DNA of 64,000 nt from a virus. Lineage: Duplodnaviria > Heunggongvirae > Uroviricota > Caudoviricetes. The DNA lies in the IMG/VR virus record IMGVR_UViG_3300023174_000034. One strand, 5' to 3'. The translations under genes and the position numbers were made by a program. Of the stretch, positions 9,764 to 19,836 are shown in pieces (position 1 is the first letter of the stretch; the number at the start of each line of letters is the position of its first letter). The notes beneath the pieces are model-generated. The model searched no databases, was not told the DNA's origin, and was given only the letters and a program-made list of their open reading frames with translations.

Positions 9764-10480
9764 ATGCGGCAGAGAAAAGAAATTGCAAAGTTTGCAAACA
9801 TTCCGGGCGTTACAAATTCCTTTGTTCGGCACCAGTCCAAACTAGTACAGCAACACACCCCTGATCCTAATGCAACAGCTGATTGGGTAGTCAACGAAAG
9901 CGGGCTAGGATACCTGCCACTGGACATTGAACTACCGTGGGAAGTCATACGCCAAGAAGCACTAGCAGTTGTGCCGGAAATGATTGCGTATCCGGCCACA
10001 GACTACGACAGTCACGGATGGTTTAACTTTGGTATTTACACTCGTGGTGCAGATGATCTGGGCGACCATGATCGAGCAGTGGTCGAACATAACGACAGTT
10101 GGACAGACCAAGCCCAACTTCTCATGCCTAGAACAGTAGAGTACTTTGCCACACACTGGCCACATCAACAGTTTCATAAAATACGATTGCTAGGACTCTA
10201 CCCACAAGGAGTAATCGGACTGCATTCAGACGACTGCAACGGGTTGCATAATATAAACATAGCCATTGATCATCCTGACTCCTGCGAATTTGTGTTAGAG
10301 AACAGTGGTGTTATACCGTTTGAAAATGGTCGTGCATTTTTAGTCAATGTTGGCCGTAAACATGCCGTGATAAACAACAGCAATCAACTACGCATTCATC
10401 TTGTTATCTACCAAGACAACGATGATGCGTTTGGAGAATTGGTTCTCCGATCATATAACAAATACACACAGGCCTCTTGA
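9764..10480 (+). CDS. Asp/Asn beta-hydroxylase-like 2OG-Fe(II) oxygenase (paralogue of 7888)
   Basis: KIRLLGLYPQGVIGLHSD, KHAVIN...RIHLVI. Confidence 0.7.
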   Translation: MRQRKEIAKFANIPGVTNSFVRHQSKLVQQHTPDPNATADWVVNESGLGYLPLDIELPWEVIRQEALAVVPEMIAYPATDYDSHGWFNFGIYTRGADDLGDHDRAVVEHNDSWTDQAQLLMPRTVEYFATHWPHQQFHKIRLLGLYPQGVIGLHSDDCNGLHNINIAIDHPDSCEFVLENSGVIPFENGRAFLVNVGRKHAVINNSNQLRIHLVIYQDNDDAFGELVLRSYNKYTQAS

Positions 10481-10513
10481 TCTTTGAGGCCGAGTGTGTT
10501 ATAGTGTTAATCT

Positions 10514-11971
10514 ATGTACGCAAAATTACACATCAAAGACGAAGTCAACGTTAAAATAGAAGGTTTGGATTTGTCAGATCGAAAAGCTCTGGTAGACAAA
10601 TACAAATACGAAATACCCGGAGCAAGGTACTTGCCCGCTGTTCGTCTTGGACGTTGGGACGGCAAGGTTAGTTTCTTCCAGCTGGGCGGTAGCAGTTACA
10701 TCAACCTGCTGCCTGAAATATTAGAGTTCCTGGACCAACGTGGATACGACATTGAAGTAGAAGACACTCGCGAATACCGAACAGTTTTCGACTTTGATCA
10801 AATTGATGAAAACAGTTTTAGTCACATCACGTGGCCCAAAGGACATCCGCTAGAAGGCCAGCCCATGGCCATGCGTGATTACCAAGTGGAGATCATCAAC
10901 AGATTCTTTGAAAATCCACAAAGCATACAGGAAGTGGCAACAGGAGCAGGCAAAACAATCGTAACAGCCGCACTGAGCAATGCTGTCACACCCTATGGTA
11001 GAAGTATTGTAATTGTTCCTAACAAGAGTCTAGTAACACAAACACACAAGGACTATGTCAACATGGGGCTTGATGTTGGGGTGTACTTTGGAGATGAAAA
11101 AGAGTTTAGTCGCCAACACACAATCTGCACATGGCAAAGTCTAAACATCTTGCTCAAGAACACAAAAAACGCAGAAGCAGATATCACCATTGGTGAGTTC
11201 TTGGAAGATGTTGTATGCGTTATTGTAGACGAAGTACACATGGCCAAAGCAGATGCTCTCAAGACCCTGCTTACAGGTGTAATGGCACATATTCCTATTC
11301 GCTGGGGACTCACAGGAACAATACCTAAAGAAGAATATGAGTGGATGAGCATCAAGTGTGCGCTCGGCGATGTTGTAGGCAGTTTGAAAGCCGCAACACT
11401 ACAGGAAGCAGGACACCTTAGTCAGTGCCACGTGAACGTGGTGCAACTTGTGGACCATGTGGAATACAACAACTATCAAAGCGAACTCAAATATCTACTA
11501 GACACACCCGAACGCCTGGACTACATTGCCAAGCTGGCAGACACTATCAAAGACTCAGGCAATACTCTTATACTTGTAGACCGGGTGGCCGCAGGGCAAG
11601 AACTGGTCAAGCGCCTGGGGGACAATGCAGTATTTGTTTCAGGTGCAACAAAAGCAAAGGACAGACAAGATGAATACGATGACGTGGCTACAGCAACAGG
11701 CAAGATCATTGTGGCCACATATGGTGTGGCTGCTGTGGGCATTAACATACCTAGGATCTTTAACTTGGTTCTGGTCGAACCTGGAAAGAGCTTTGTTAGG
11801 GTTATACAGAGTATCGGGCGCGGCATCCGCAAAGCAGAAGACAAAGACTTTGTACAGATCTGGGACATAACCAGTACCTGCAAGTTTGCCAAACGACATT
11901 TGACCAAACGCAAACAATTTTACAAAGAAGCCAATTATCCTTTTGCAGTGGAGAAGACAGAATGGAAATGA
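10514..11971 (+). CDS. uvsW: UvsW-like SF2 DNA helicase
   Basis: MRDYQ, ATGAGKT, IVDEVH, GLTGT, QSIGRGIR motifs. Confidence 0.9.
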   Translation: MYAKLHIKDEVNVKIEGLDLSDRKALVDKYKYEIPGARYLPAVRLGRWDGKVSFFQLGGSSYINLLPEILEFLDQRGYDIEVEDTREYRTVFDFDQIDENSFSHITWPKGHPLEGQPMAMRDYQVEIINRFFENPQSIQEVATGAGKTIVTAALSNAVTPYGRSIVIVPNKSLVTQTHKDYVNMGLDVGVYFGDEKEFSRQHTICTWQSLNILLKNTKNAEADITIGEFLEDVVCVIVDEVHMAKADALKTLLTGVMAHIPIRWGLTGTIPKEEYEWMSIKCALGDVVGSLKAATLQEAGHLSQCHVNVVQLVDHVEYNNYQSELKYLLDTPERLDYIAKLADTIKDSGNTLILVDRVAAGQELVKRLGDNAVFVSGATKAKDRQDEYDDVATATGKIIVATYGVAAVGINIPRIFNLVLVEPGKSFVRVIQSIGRGIRKAEDKDFVQIWDITSTCKFAKRHLTKRKQFYKEANYPFAVEKTEWK

Positions 11972-12753
11972 TAACAAACAAAATCACAATCACGCTGATT
12001 GTTTGTTCAATGGATCTAGAACTGCTAGCACGTAACATAACCAGCATACGCAATAACTTTGTTCTTGCTGATCTACACAAGGTCATCCTTATCTGCAACG
12101 AGCCTTACAGAAAGTGGGCAGAGTTTGAAGAAGCAGTTGGTCGATTGAGACGAGATGACTTTGTGATTGAAACGCATTGGAGCAACACCATATGGCCAGA
12201 ACAAGATCGCTATGACTGGTTCAGCCAACAACATCTTAAACTGCTGGTGTGTGAGCTGGTAGAAACTGAATGGTATATCATCAGCGATTGTAAAGACTTC
12301 TATACTGCCAAACTGGGACTAGCACAATTTGTTGACGAAAATAACTGTAGCTATCAACCAGTGTTCAGCACTGGGTACCAAGACCCGTGGTTGGGAGTAC
12401 ACGGATTCCACTACAAACAATACATCAATGCTTACAAGCTACTGGGCATTGATTACCTTGACTATGACATGGCCTTGCGTAACTGGACATCCAGCACCAC
12501 TCCGGTGCATACACAGACCATTCGAGACCTTGTGGATTACTTGCGTAAACAGTTCGGAACTTTGTTTCCTTTCCTGTTGCTGTTGCAAATAAATCACCAA
12601 GACGTTTTTACAGAATACGCACTCATAAGTGCATGGCACCACAAGCATAACATCATGCTTGACAGATATTGTTTGGTAAACAATACGTCCAAGGGATATC
12701 TTGGACGTATGGGTAGCAACAAAGATTTAAGAAGAAAGAAAAAAGACGTATGA
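11968..12753 (+). CDS. DUF6492-like glycosyltransferase-related protein
   Basis: QQHLKLLVCELVETEWYIISDCKDF pattern. Confidence 0.5.
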   Translation: MITNKITITLIVCSMDLELLARNITSIRNNFVLADLHKVILICNEPYRKWAEFEEAVGRLRRDDFVIETHWSNTIWPEQDRYDWFSQQHLKLLVCELVETEWYIISDCKDFYTAKLGLAQFVDENNCSYQPVFSTGYQDPWLGVHGFHYKQYINAYKLLGIDYLDYDMALRNWTSSTTPVHTQTIRDLVDYLRKQFGTLFPFLLLLQINHQDVFTEYALISAWHHKHNIMLDRYCLVNNTSKGYLGRMGSNKDLRRKKKDV

Positions 12754-13250
12754 GAATTTTAACCCTAGATAATACAGCATTTGAAATGGATGAAATTCCG
12801 GATGAAGTGGACGACTTAAGATTTTGTGTTTTTGATAATTCCAATCCCAAAGACCCAGACTACTTTTATATTCCACTGATATTTCTGGAATCGTTCAACA
12901 GTCCGGCCCTGGTGCTACGCATTGGTCCACACACAATAAAGATGCCAGTTGATTGGCAAATACTAATTGGTGAACCAGACTTTGGAGACCTAGAAGTTGT
13001 ACCGCTGACCAGTATCAACGATCGTGGCTTCAATGTATTCACATTCAACCCACTGAAGAGTTTTAAGCCAGAGTTTTTTCCAATTGAAATTGTAGACATA
13101 TATCATGATACCAAGTGGTATTTTCCTAAACTGCGTCCTGGTCAGATGCTGTGCGTACCACTAACACCGGGCGACAATCCTGTGTGTGCGTATTTTGTAA
13201 AAGACATTTCACGTCAGTGTGAGGTCGTAGACTATGGAAAGTGTTGGTAA
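12750..13250 (+). CDS. hypothetical phage protein (predicted beta-rich)
   Basis: Coupled ORF within the replication operon. Confidence 0.75.
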   Translation: MRILTLDNTAFEMDEIPDEVDDLRFCVFDNSNPKDPDYFYIPLIFLESFNSPALVLRIGPHTIKMPVDWQILIGEPDFGDLEVVPLTSINDRGFNVFTFNPLKSFKPEFFPIEIVDIYHDTKWYFPKLRPGQMLCVPLTPGDNPVCAYFVKDISRQCEVVDYGKCW

Positions 13251-13251
13251 T

Positions 13252-13590
13252 ATGAAACTTAATACACATGATATCGGCGGCGAAGTTGTCAAAGACAACG
13301 AAACTTATCAACTAAAGGACAACCGTACCCTGAACAATCTTGTGCTGAGTTCGACAAAATTGTATCGCGGACAAAGCACCAGAGGGCATAGACATGCTGG
13401 CCAAGAGGAAGTATACTTCTTTGTACAAGGATCAGGCCGGATGATTGTGGGTGACGAAGACTCAGAACCGTTCCCAGTGGTAGGCGGCGATGTTGTGCTT
13501 ATTCCAGACGGTGCTTTTCATCGTGTGATCAACGATGGCGAAATGAACTTGACATTTAACTGTGTATTCGATGGCAAACGCAACCATTAA
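13252..13590 (+). CDS. cupin-domain protein
   Basis: GHRHAGQEEVYFFVQGSG...GDVVLIPDGAFHRVIN. Confidence 0.85.
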   Translation: MKLNTHDIGGEVVKDNETYQLKDNRTLNNLVLSSTKLYRGQSTRGHRHAGQEEVYFFVQGSGRMIVGDEDSEPFPVVGGDVVLIPDGAFHRVINDGEMNLTFNCVFDGKRNH

Positions 13591-13612
13591 AAATATCACT
13601 ACAATAAACATC

Positions 13613-13810
13613 ATGCATCACACAGATGGTGCGGATACTGTGTATATCAAGCATCCAGACATGCAAGAAATGATCCAAGCAGATGCCCTATATGATCTAC
13701 CCGACTTTATTGAAATGCTGTTTGATGCTCGCTATCGGAATGATCCTGGCTTGCAAGATTGTCTGGATCGTGCTAAAATACTCTACACGCTGAAGAAACA
13801 AAATGGATAA
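13613..13810 (+). CDS. hypothetical protein
   Basis: Small ORF; start uncertain. Confidence 0.5.
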   Translation: MHHTDGADTVYIKHPDMQEMIQADALYDLPDFIEMLFDARYRNDPGLQDCLDRAKILYTLKKQNG

Positions 13811-14267
13811 GCTAAACATCAATAACGAAATGGCACAGCTGGATCGCAAGAACCGTGCGTTCTATGATGAGCTTACTGACGAAGAAAAGAAGAAGTTTAG
13901 TTTGTATCTGATGTTGCGATGGAGCAGCCAGGTACAAGCAGACAATGCTATACAAGCATACTATGTGATGAGCTGTAATGAAAATTTGAACAGCAATTAT
14001 TTTGATATCAGTAAACATCCTAAACTACAATGGCTGTGTGCAACCACAGTAAGCCCAGGCATTGGTACATTCAAACATCAGTGGATTGCCAACAAGAAAA
14101 AGAATGCAGGCTACGAAAGCAAACATCTCAAAGTGCTGGCACAGATATTTCCGTTGCTCAAACGTGATGAACTAGAAATGTTGGCAAAATTGAATTCCAA
14201 AGACGATATCAAACAGATGGCAAAAGAACATGGTTGGGATGACAAGCGAATTAAGTCAGAGCTATAA
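13803..14267 (+). CDS. putative clamp-loader small subunit (T4 gp62-like)
   Basis: FSLYLMLRWSS...N..LN.NYFDISKHPKLQW...HQWI resembles gp62-type proteins; replication context. Confidence 0.5.
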   Translation: MDKLNINNEMAQLDRKNRAFYDELTDEEKKKFSLYLMLRWSSQVQADNAIQAYYVMSCNENLNSNYFDISKHPKLQWLCATTVSPGIGTFKHQWIANKKKNAGYESKHLKVLAQIFPLLKRDELEMLAKLNSKDDIKQMAKEHGWDDKRIKSEL

Positions 14268-14940
14268 ATGCCGTTATTGTGAAAAAGAATTCCGCAAGGA
14301 GTCAACACTAGCGGCGCATCTGTGCGAACAAAAACGCAGGCACCAACAAAAAGATGAAACAGGTGTACAACTGGGACTGCGTTCTTATTTGCGATTCTAC
14401 GAAGTAACACAAGGCAGTGCTCGACTAAAAAGCTATGATGACTTTTGTACCAGCCCCTACTACGGAGCATTTGTAAAGTTTGGACGTCACTTGGTTGGTA
14501 TACGTTCAGTAGCACCCAATCATTTCATTGACTGGTTGCTCAAGAACAACAAGAAGCTGGACCAATGGTGCAAGGATGGCTTCTATGAAGAATGGTTACA
14601 CGGCCATTTGAAAAAAGAAGCACCACAAGATTCACTAGAACGTGCGCTGAAGGAGATGCAAGAGTATGCGGATGCTCACCCAGAACTCAAAAACGGGTTC
14701 CTTGACTACTTTAGGTATGGCAATAGCAATCGCGTTTGCCATCATATCGTTACCGGGCGTGTTAGTCCTTGGATTATATACAACTGTGGCTCGGGCGTGG
14801 AATTTCTTGAAACGCTGTCAGAAGAACAAATTGGAATCATAATGCCTTGGATTGACCCAGAGTATTGGCAAAAGAAGTTTGCAGACTATGTGGCAGATAC
14901 AGAATGGTGCAAACATGTATTGAAAGAAGCAGGACTATGA
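14239..14940 (+). CDS. C2H2 zinc-finger-containing phage protein
   Basis: YKCRYCEKEFRKESTLAAHLC. Confidence 0.65.
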   Translation: MTSELSQSYKCRYCEKEFRKESTLAAHLCEQKRRHQQKDETGVQLGLRSYLRFYEVTQGSARLKSYDDFCTSPYYGAFVKFGRHLVGIRSVAPNHFIDWLLKNNKKLDQWCKDGFYEEWLHGHLKKEAPQDSLERALKEMQEYADAHPELKNGFLDYFRYGNSNRVCHHIVTGRVSPWIIYNCGSGVEFLETLSEEQIGIIMPWIDPEYWQKKFADYVADTEWCKHVLKEAGL

Positions 14941-15446
14941 TCAAACACAGACCAGAATTGCCGCATTTACCACATGACATGATTGAAGAAGTATACAAGT
15001 CAATTGATGCTAGACAAAATGTCAATACACATTCCGGTACAGATCCAGAATTTGTGTACGAGTATATGAGTGCAACTGATTCGCTGGTCGATTGGTGCAA
15101 GAAAAATATTGATCACACAGTCGACTGGGCAGTACAATACATACATGGCAGTATCCCAGCTCATGCAGACTGGGCATTTGACGAACACAAATTGAATTAT
15201 CTAGTGGATCTTGGCGGAGGCCAACCAGCCACACACTGGTTTGACTTGGACGGCAAGATCATTTACACTGCCAACTGCGAGCTGGGTTGGTACGAGCTTA
15301 CTGTTAATATTCCACACACTGTGGAACATGTGTCGGGCCGGCGTATATCAGTCACACACAGAAGCCGCAGAGACACACTGGCTGACCGGGCAGGACTGAC
15401 ACGTGATGACCGCGACGTAGTTAAAGATTATGGATACAAGCTATGA
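14937..15446 (+). CDS. hypothetical protein, possible 2OG-Fe(II)/DSBH fold
   Basis: IPAHAD (HxD)...PHTVEHV...RISVT. Confidence 0.45.
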   Translation: MIKHRPELPHLPHDMIEEVYKSIDARQNVNTHSGTDPEFVYEYMSATDSLVDWCKKNIDHTVDWAVQYIHGSIPAHADWAFDEHKLNYLVDLGGGQPATHWFDLDGKIIYTANCELGWYELTVNIPHTVEHVSGRRISVTHRSRRDTLADRAGLTRDDRDVVKDYGYKL

Positions 15447-16036
15447 AGTTCCAATCAGACATTGACATTGATTTTGCTGACAGAAAGAAAATACTTGATA
15501 TAGTCAAGCATGTGCCTGCGAGTATGTTGCGTGAAGACAAACTAGTGGCGCACAACACCGGCGTGTATGTGACAGATATTCCAGAAGATCCGTTTGCCAA
15601 ACTAGCCAGCTTGCCATATGAGTATGCTGAAAGACGTGGCTACTTGAAACTGGATTTCCTTAACGTTAACTTATATCAGCAAGTGCGTAGTGAAGCACAT
15701 CTAGAACAGTTAATGGATACGCCACCCGACTGGACAAGATTTAATACAGATCAGGCGTTCTTTGAACAGCTAATACATGTAAACAATCACTGGAGTGTGC
15801 TAAAAAAGATGCTGGAGCCAGTGGATACAATTCCGCGACTGGCCATGCTTCTAGCAGTTATCAGACCTGCTAAACGTCATTTGATTGGAAAGACCTGGGC
15901 AGATGTGGCACAAGAAGTTTGGACCAAACCTGATGATGATGGGTACTATTTCAAGAAGAGCCACGCTGTAGCGTATGCACACCTGGTTATAGTGAATATG
16001 AATTTAGTCGGGGATCTTGCGAACAAGCACAATTGA
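15443..16036 (+). CDS. miniature DNA polymerase III alpha (DnaE)-like protein
   Basis: SDIDIDF, HNTGVYV, GYLKLDFL and YYFKKSHAVAYA family-C polymerase motifs. Confidence 0.75.
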   Translation: MKFQSDIDIDFADRKKILDIVKHVPASMLREDKLVAHNTGVYVTDIPEDPFAKLASLPYEYAERRGYLKLDFLNVNLYQQVRSEAHLEQLMDTPPDWTRFNTDQAFFEQLIHVNNHWSVLKKMLEPVDTIPRLAMLLAVIRPAKRHLIGKTWADVAQEVWTKPDDDGYYFKKSHAVAYAHLVIVNMNLVGDLANKHN

Positions 16037-16381
16037 ACGGCGTTTGGTTTTCTTTGCGGCAATTTCTTTTAGACTCACATAAGGTCCAAATTTAATTTCC
16101 ACATCGCGGCTGTTCATTGTTTTAAGGCTGTAGCGGAATGGTCCCCAGTCTGCTCTAAGGAACACGTTGATTGGTATGCTTCTATTAGATTCCCACCACC
16201 AAGTTTCACCCAGTGCTAGGAATGTTGTTTTTTCAAGTTCGGTTTTCAAGCTACCGAAGTCGTATACAGTGGTGAGGATATCATCCACGTTTTGTATGAT
16301 GCCGATATATTCATTACCGCCATACACCACGTAACTAATGAAGGGATACTTCTTGATAAATTCTGTTTGTTTGTCGTCCAC
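16004..16381 (-). CDS. hypothetical phage protein
   Basis: Protein-like 125-aa ORF filling the gap between the DnaE-like gene and primase; WWWESNR motif. Confidence 0.7.
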   Translation of the reverse strand: MDDKQTEFIKKYPFISYVVYGGNEYIGIIQNVDDILTTVYDFGSLKTELEKTTFLALGETWWWESNRSIPINVFLRADWGPFRYSLKTMNSRDVEIKFGPYVSLKEIAAKKTKRRSIVLVRKIPD

Positions 16382-16465
16382 GGGTTCAATCTATTTTGTG
16401 CGCCAAATTATTTAGTTCCAAAACGAACCGCTTGTTTTTTCTTGACAAGTGTGTTACAATACGCT

Positions 16466-17521
16466 ATGCACGATCTGATCCAACGAGAGCTACTTAATCT
16501 ACTACCGCCGCATAAAAAGACATCCAATAAATGGATAAGCTTCAATGCGGTTTGTTGCCCCCACAGCGGAGAAAGTGCAGACACACGCCGACGTGGCGGC
16601 GTGTTACCCAATCACGATGGCAGCGTAACCTATCACTGTTTCAACTGTGGGTTCAAAACAGGCTTCTATCCTGGACGCCCAATGAACTTCAAGTTTCGCA
16701 AACTGTTGGGCTGGTTGGGTGCAGATCCCAACACAGTACAGCGCCTGGTCATGGAAGCCATGCGTATCAAAGAGCTGGTGCCAGTAGAAGAACGTGCGCC
16801 TGTGCCCGAAGTCGAAGTCACTTACAAGCCACGCCCACTGCCAGAAGACAGCGCCAGTTTCACACAGTGGACCACCATGCTACGACTAACTGATGAAGAT
16901 TATGTTGTACCAACTCAGCTGGTTGATGCTGTGGAATATGTCAGCAGTCGTAAAATTGATATGAGTAAATATGATTTCTACATCACTGACGAGTCCAGCT
17001 ACAATCTAGACAAACGATTGATAATTCCGTTTACCTGGAAGAACAAGACAATTGGTTATACTGCCAGAGCGTTGGTAGATGGAATCAAGCCTAAATATCA
17101 CAACAGTCATGACGGTAACTATGTGTTTAACATGGATCGACAACTGGATGATGCTAGATTTGTTGTGGTGTCGGAAGGCCCATTTGATGCCATGGCCATA
17201 GACGGTGTTGCTATACTGGGCAACGAGTGTAGCGAAACACAAGCAGAGATAATCGAAAGTCTGGGACGTGATGTTATTGTTGTGCCTGACTTTGATCGAC
17301 ACACAGACAAGCGTGGTCAAGAAGTATGGCCGGGCATGATGCTGATTGAAAAAGCCATAGAGTACAGCTGGGGTGTGGCGTTTCCTGTATGGCGTGACGA
17401 TGCTGAGTGCAAGGACGTGGCCAAGGCAGTGGAAAAATACGGCAAGCTGTTTGTGCTCAAAAGCATTATAGACAGCGTGGAACGTAATCCTGTGAAGATC
17501 CGATTGAGATGCAAACAATGA
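16466..17521 (+). CDS. DNA primase (DnaG/gp61-like)
   Basis: Zn ribbon CCPH...YHCFNCG; TOPRIM VSEGPFDAM and VPDFD; start re-set to ATG 16466 behind TTGTTT-17-TACAAT. Confidence 0.85.
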   Translation: MHDLIQRELLNLLPPHKKTSNKWISFNAVCCPHSGESADTRRRGGVLPNHDGSVTYHCFNCGFKTGFYPGRPMNFKFRKLLGWLGADPNTVQRLVMEAMRIKELVPVEERAPVPEVEVTYKPRPLPEDSASFTQWTTMLRLTDEDYVVPTQLVDAVEYVSSRKIDMSKYDFYITDESSYNLDKRLIIPFTWKNKTIGYTARALVDGIKPKYHNSHDGNYVFNMDRQLDDARFVVVSEGPFDAMAIDGVAILGNECSETQAEIIESLGRDVIVVPDFDRHTDKRGQEVWPGMMLIEKAIEYSWGVAFPVWRDDAECKDVAKAVEKYGKLFVLKSIIDSVERNPVKIRLRCKQ

Positions 17522-18381
17522 AACTGACTGGATTCCATTTAGAACCAACCAATCGTTGTGTGCTAGGATGTTCTGCGTGTGAGCGCACACAGTTTATAAA
17601 CAAATTTGGCCAAAAGAACTGGCACAATCAAGACCTAGACCTGGATGCGCTGGTCCGGTTCATGGACATGGATGTGACAGGTTTGCGATGGGGATTGTGT
17701 GGTAACATAGGCGACCCTATCTACTACAGTAGATTAGAAGAACTAATTGCATACATCAAAGACCAGCGAGGCCGTATTGTGTTGACAACCAATGGTAGTT
17801 ACCGGACTGACGCATGGTGGAAACAAACACTACAAAATTTAACACAAGATGATGTTGTTGAGTTCAGCGTGGACGGGTTACCAGAAACTAGTCCTCAATA
17901 CAGAACCAACAGTGATTGGTCCACAATTGACGCTGGCATGCGTACAGCTTGTGAAACCTCTGCACAAGTTGTTTGGAAGATGGTTCCGTTTGCTTTCAAC
18001 GAACATGAAATAGATGCAGTCAGAGTAATGGCCGAGTCACGTGGTATGACCCTTAAACTAGATCCTAGCAATAGGTTTGGTGATGACGATCCGCTACGTC
18101 CACAGGAACAGACTATTATTTGGCATCGTGGCGCAGGTAACATGGATCCAATGTGTGCCACAGGTGACCAACACTACATTGGCGCAGGCGGCCAGTACTC
18201 GCCTTGCTGTTACTCAGCCAACCATGTGTTTCATTATAAGAGTCAGTTCCATGCAAACCGGGACGACTACAATATAAGTAACACTACACTAAGCCAAGTA
18301 CTAGAACAATTAGGCTCATATGATGAGCAAATGAGAATTGACCCTGCACCTGTTTGCAGTTATACTTGTAGAACACTATGA
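17518..18381 (+). CDS. radical SAM protein with C-terminal Cys-rich region
   Basis: CVLGCSAC (CxxxCxxC), GNIGDP, LTTNGS, FSVDG. Confidence 0.85.
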   Translation: MKLTGFHLEPTNRCVLGCSACERTQFINKFGQKNWHNQDLDLDALVRFMDMDVTGLRWGLCGNIGDPIYYSRLEELIAYIKDQRGRIVLTTNGSYRTDAWWKQTLQNLTQDDVVEFSVDGLPETSPQYRTNSDWSTIDAGMRTACETSAQVVWKMVPFAFNEHEIDAVRVMAESRGMTLKLDPSNRFGDDDPLRPQEQTIIWHRGAGNMDPMCATGDQHYIGAGGQYSPCCYSANHVFHYKSQFHANRDDYNISNTTLSQVLEQLGSYDEQMRIDPAPVCSYTCRTL

Positions 18382-19787
18382 CAAAAGACTATAACACAGA
18401 CCTACAAAAACTATTTTTAGAAATGATGTTGCATGATGCACAAAGCTATGTGCGTGTGCAGAACATCTTCAACGAAGAAAACTTTGACCGTAGCATCAGA
18501 GCTGCCGCAAAGTTTATCAAAGAACACAGTGACAATCATCACACACTACCCACAGTAGATCAAATTCGAGCCACGTGCCAGGTTGAACTAAAACCTATTC
18601 CAGAAATGAACGAAGGCCACACCAGCTGGTTCCTGGAAGAGTTTGAAAACTTTACAAAACAAAAAGAACTAGAACGTGCAATTCTCAAAGCCGCTGACTT
18701 GATCGAAGCTGGTGACTTTAATCCTGTGGAAAAGCTGATCAAAGATGCTGTGCAAATCAGCCTGCAGAAAGATCTAGGTACAGATTACTTTTATGATCCT
18801 AGTGCTCGTATCAACAAATACTTCAACTCAGGTGGTCAAGTATCAACAGGTTGGCCACAGCTGGACAAACTATTATACGGTGGATTCAGTCGCGGCGAGC
18901 TGAACATCTTTGCAGGTGGCTCTGGATCAGGTAAGTCACTTGTCATGATGAACATTGCACTGAACTGGGTGCAAGCAGGACTTAGTGGTGTGTATGTCAG
19001 CTTGGAACTTAGCGAAGAACTAACCAGTTTGAGAACAGATGCCATGCTGACCAGTACCAGTACCAAAGATATCCGCAAGGATATTGACACAGCCACACTC
19101 AAGGTCAAGATGGTGGGCAAGAAGTCTGGTAGCTATCAGGTCAAGGCATTGCCAGCACAGAGCAACATCAATGATATCCGTGCATTCTTGAAAGAGTATC
19201 AGATACAAACAGGCAAGAAAGTAGACTTCATGATGATTGATTACTTGGACTTGCTCATGCCTGTGAGTGCCAAAGTTAGCCCCAACGACTTGTTTGTGAA
19301 AGACAAGTACGTGAGTGAAGAACTGCGTAACTTGGCCAAAGAGCTGGGCATCTTGATGGTAACAGCAAGCCAGCTGAATCGTAGTGCAGTGGAAGAAGTG
19401 GAGTTTGACCACAGTCATATCTCGGGTGGTATTTCAAAGATTAACACAGCAGATAATGTGTTTGGTATTTTTACTTCTAGAGCCATGCGTGAGCGTGGAC
19501 GTTACCAAATCCAGTGTATGAAATCTCGCTCTTCAACAGGTGTGGGCATGAAGATTGATTTGACTTACAACATTGAAACCATGCGTATCACAGATGAGGG
19601 CGAAGACGCCAGCGGGTATCAACCACATGCTACCAGCATCATGAACCAGATCAAAAGTAGCAGTAGGGTAGTGCCCAAAAGTGACAATGTAGACTCTGAC
19701 ACAGGCGAAATTGCATCAATCAAAGCAGACGTAAATGGTAGCAAGCTGAAAAGTATGCTTGCAGGCATCAAAGCGCAGAACTCGTAA
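18378..19787 (+). CDS. replicative DNA helicase (DnaB/gp41-like)
   Basis: FAGGSGSGKS, VSLELSE, MIDYLDL, TASQLNR. Confidence 0.9.
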   Translation: MTKDYNTDLQKLFLEMMLHDAQSYVRVQNIFNEENFDRSIRAAAKFIKEHSDNHHTLPTVDQIRATCQVELKPIPEMNEGHTSWFLEEFENFTKQKELERAILKAADLIEAGDFNPVEKLIKDAVQISLQKDLGTDYFYDPSARINKYFNSGGQVSTGWPQLDKLLYGGFSRGELNIFAGGSGSGKSLVMMNIALNWVQAGLSGVYVSLELSEELTSLRTDAMLTSTSTKDIRKDIDTATLKVKMVGKKSGSYQVKALPAQSNINDIRAFLKEYQIQTGKKVDFMMIDYLDLLMPVSAKVSPNDLFVKDKYVSEELRNLAKELGILMVTASQLNRSAVEEVEFDHSHISGGISKINTADNVFGIFTSRAMRERGRYQIQCMKSRSSTGVGMKIDLTYNIETMRITDEGEDASGYQPHATSIMNQIKSSSRVVPKSDNVDSDTGEIASIKADVNGSKLKSMLAGIKAQNS

Positions 19788-19836
19788 CTATTCCGTAATC
19801 ACTGATCCACATAAATAATACAAATGGAGTCCTGCT

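Noticed and set aside
15443-16036. dnaE pseudogene
   Set aside because: Clean coupled start, catalytic motifs retained in order, and no flanking remnants of missing domains.
19804-19831. Third RBS-occluding hairpin around TAAATA 19812
   Set aside because: Only ~6 bp with a bulge (GATCCA/TGGAGTC); too weak to claim.
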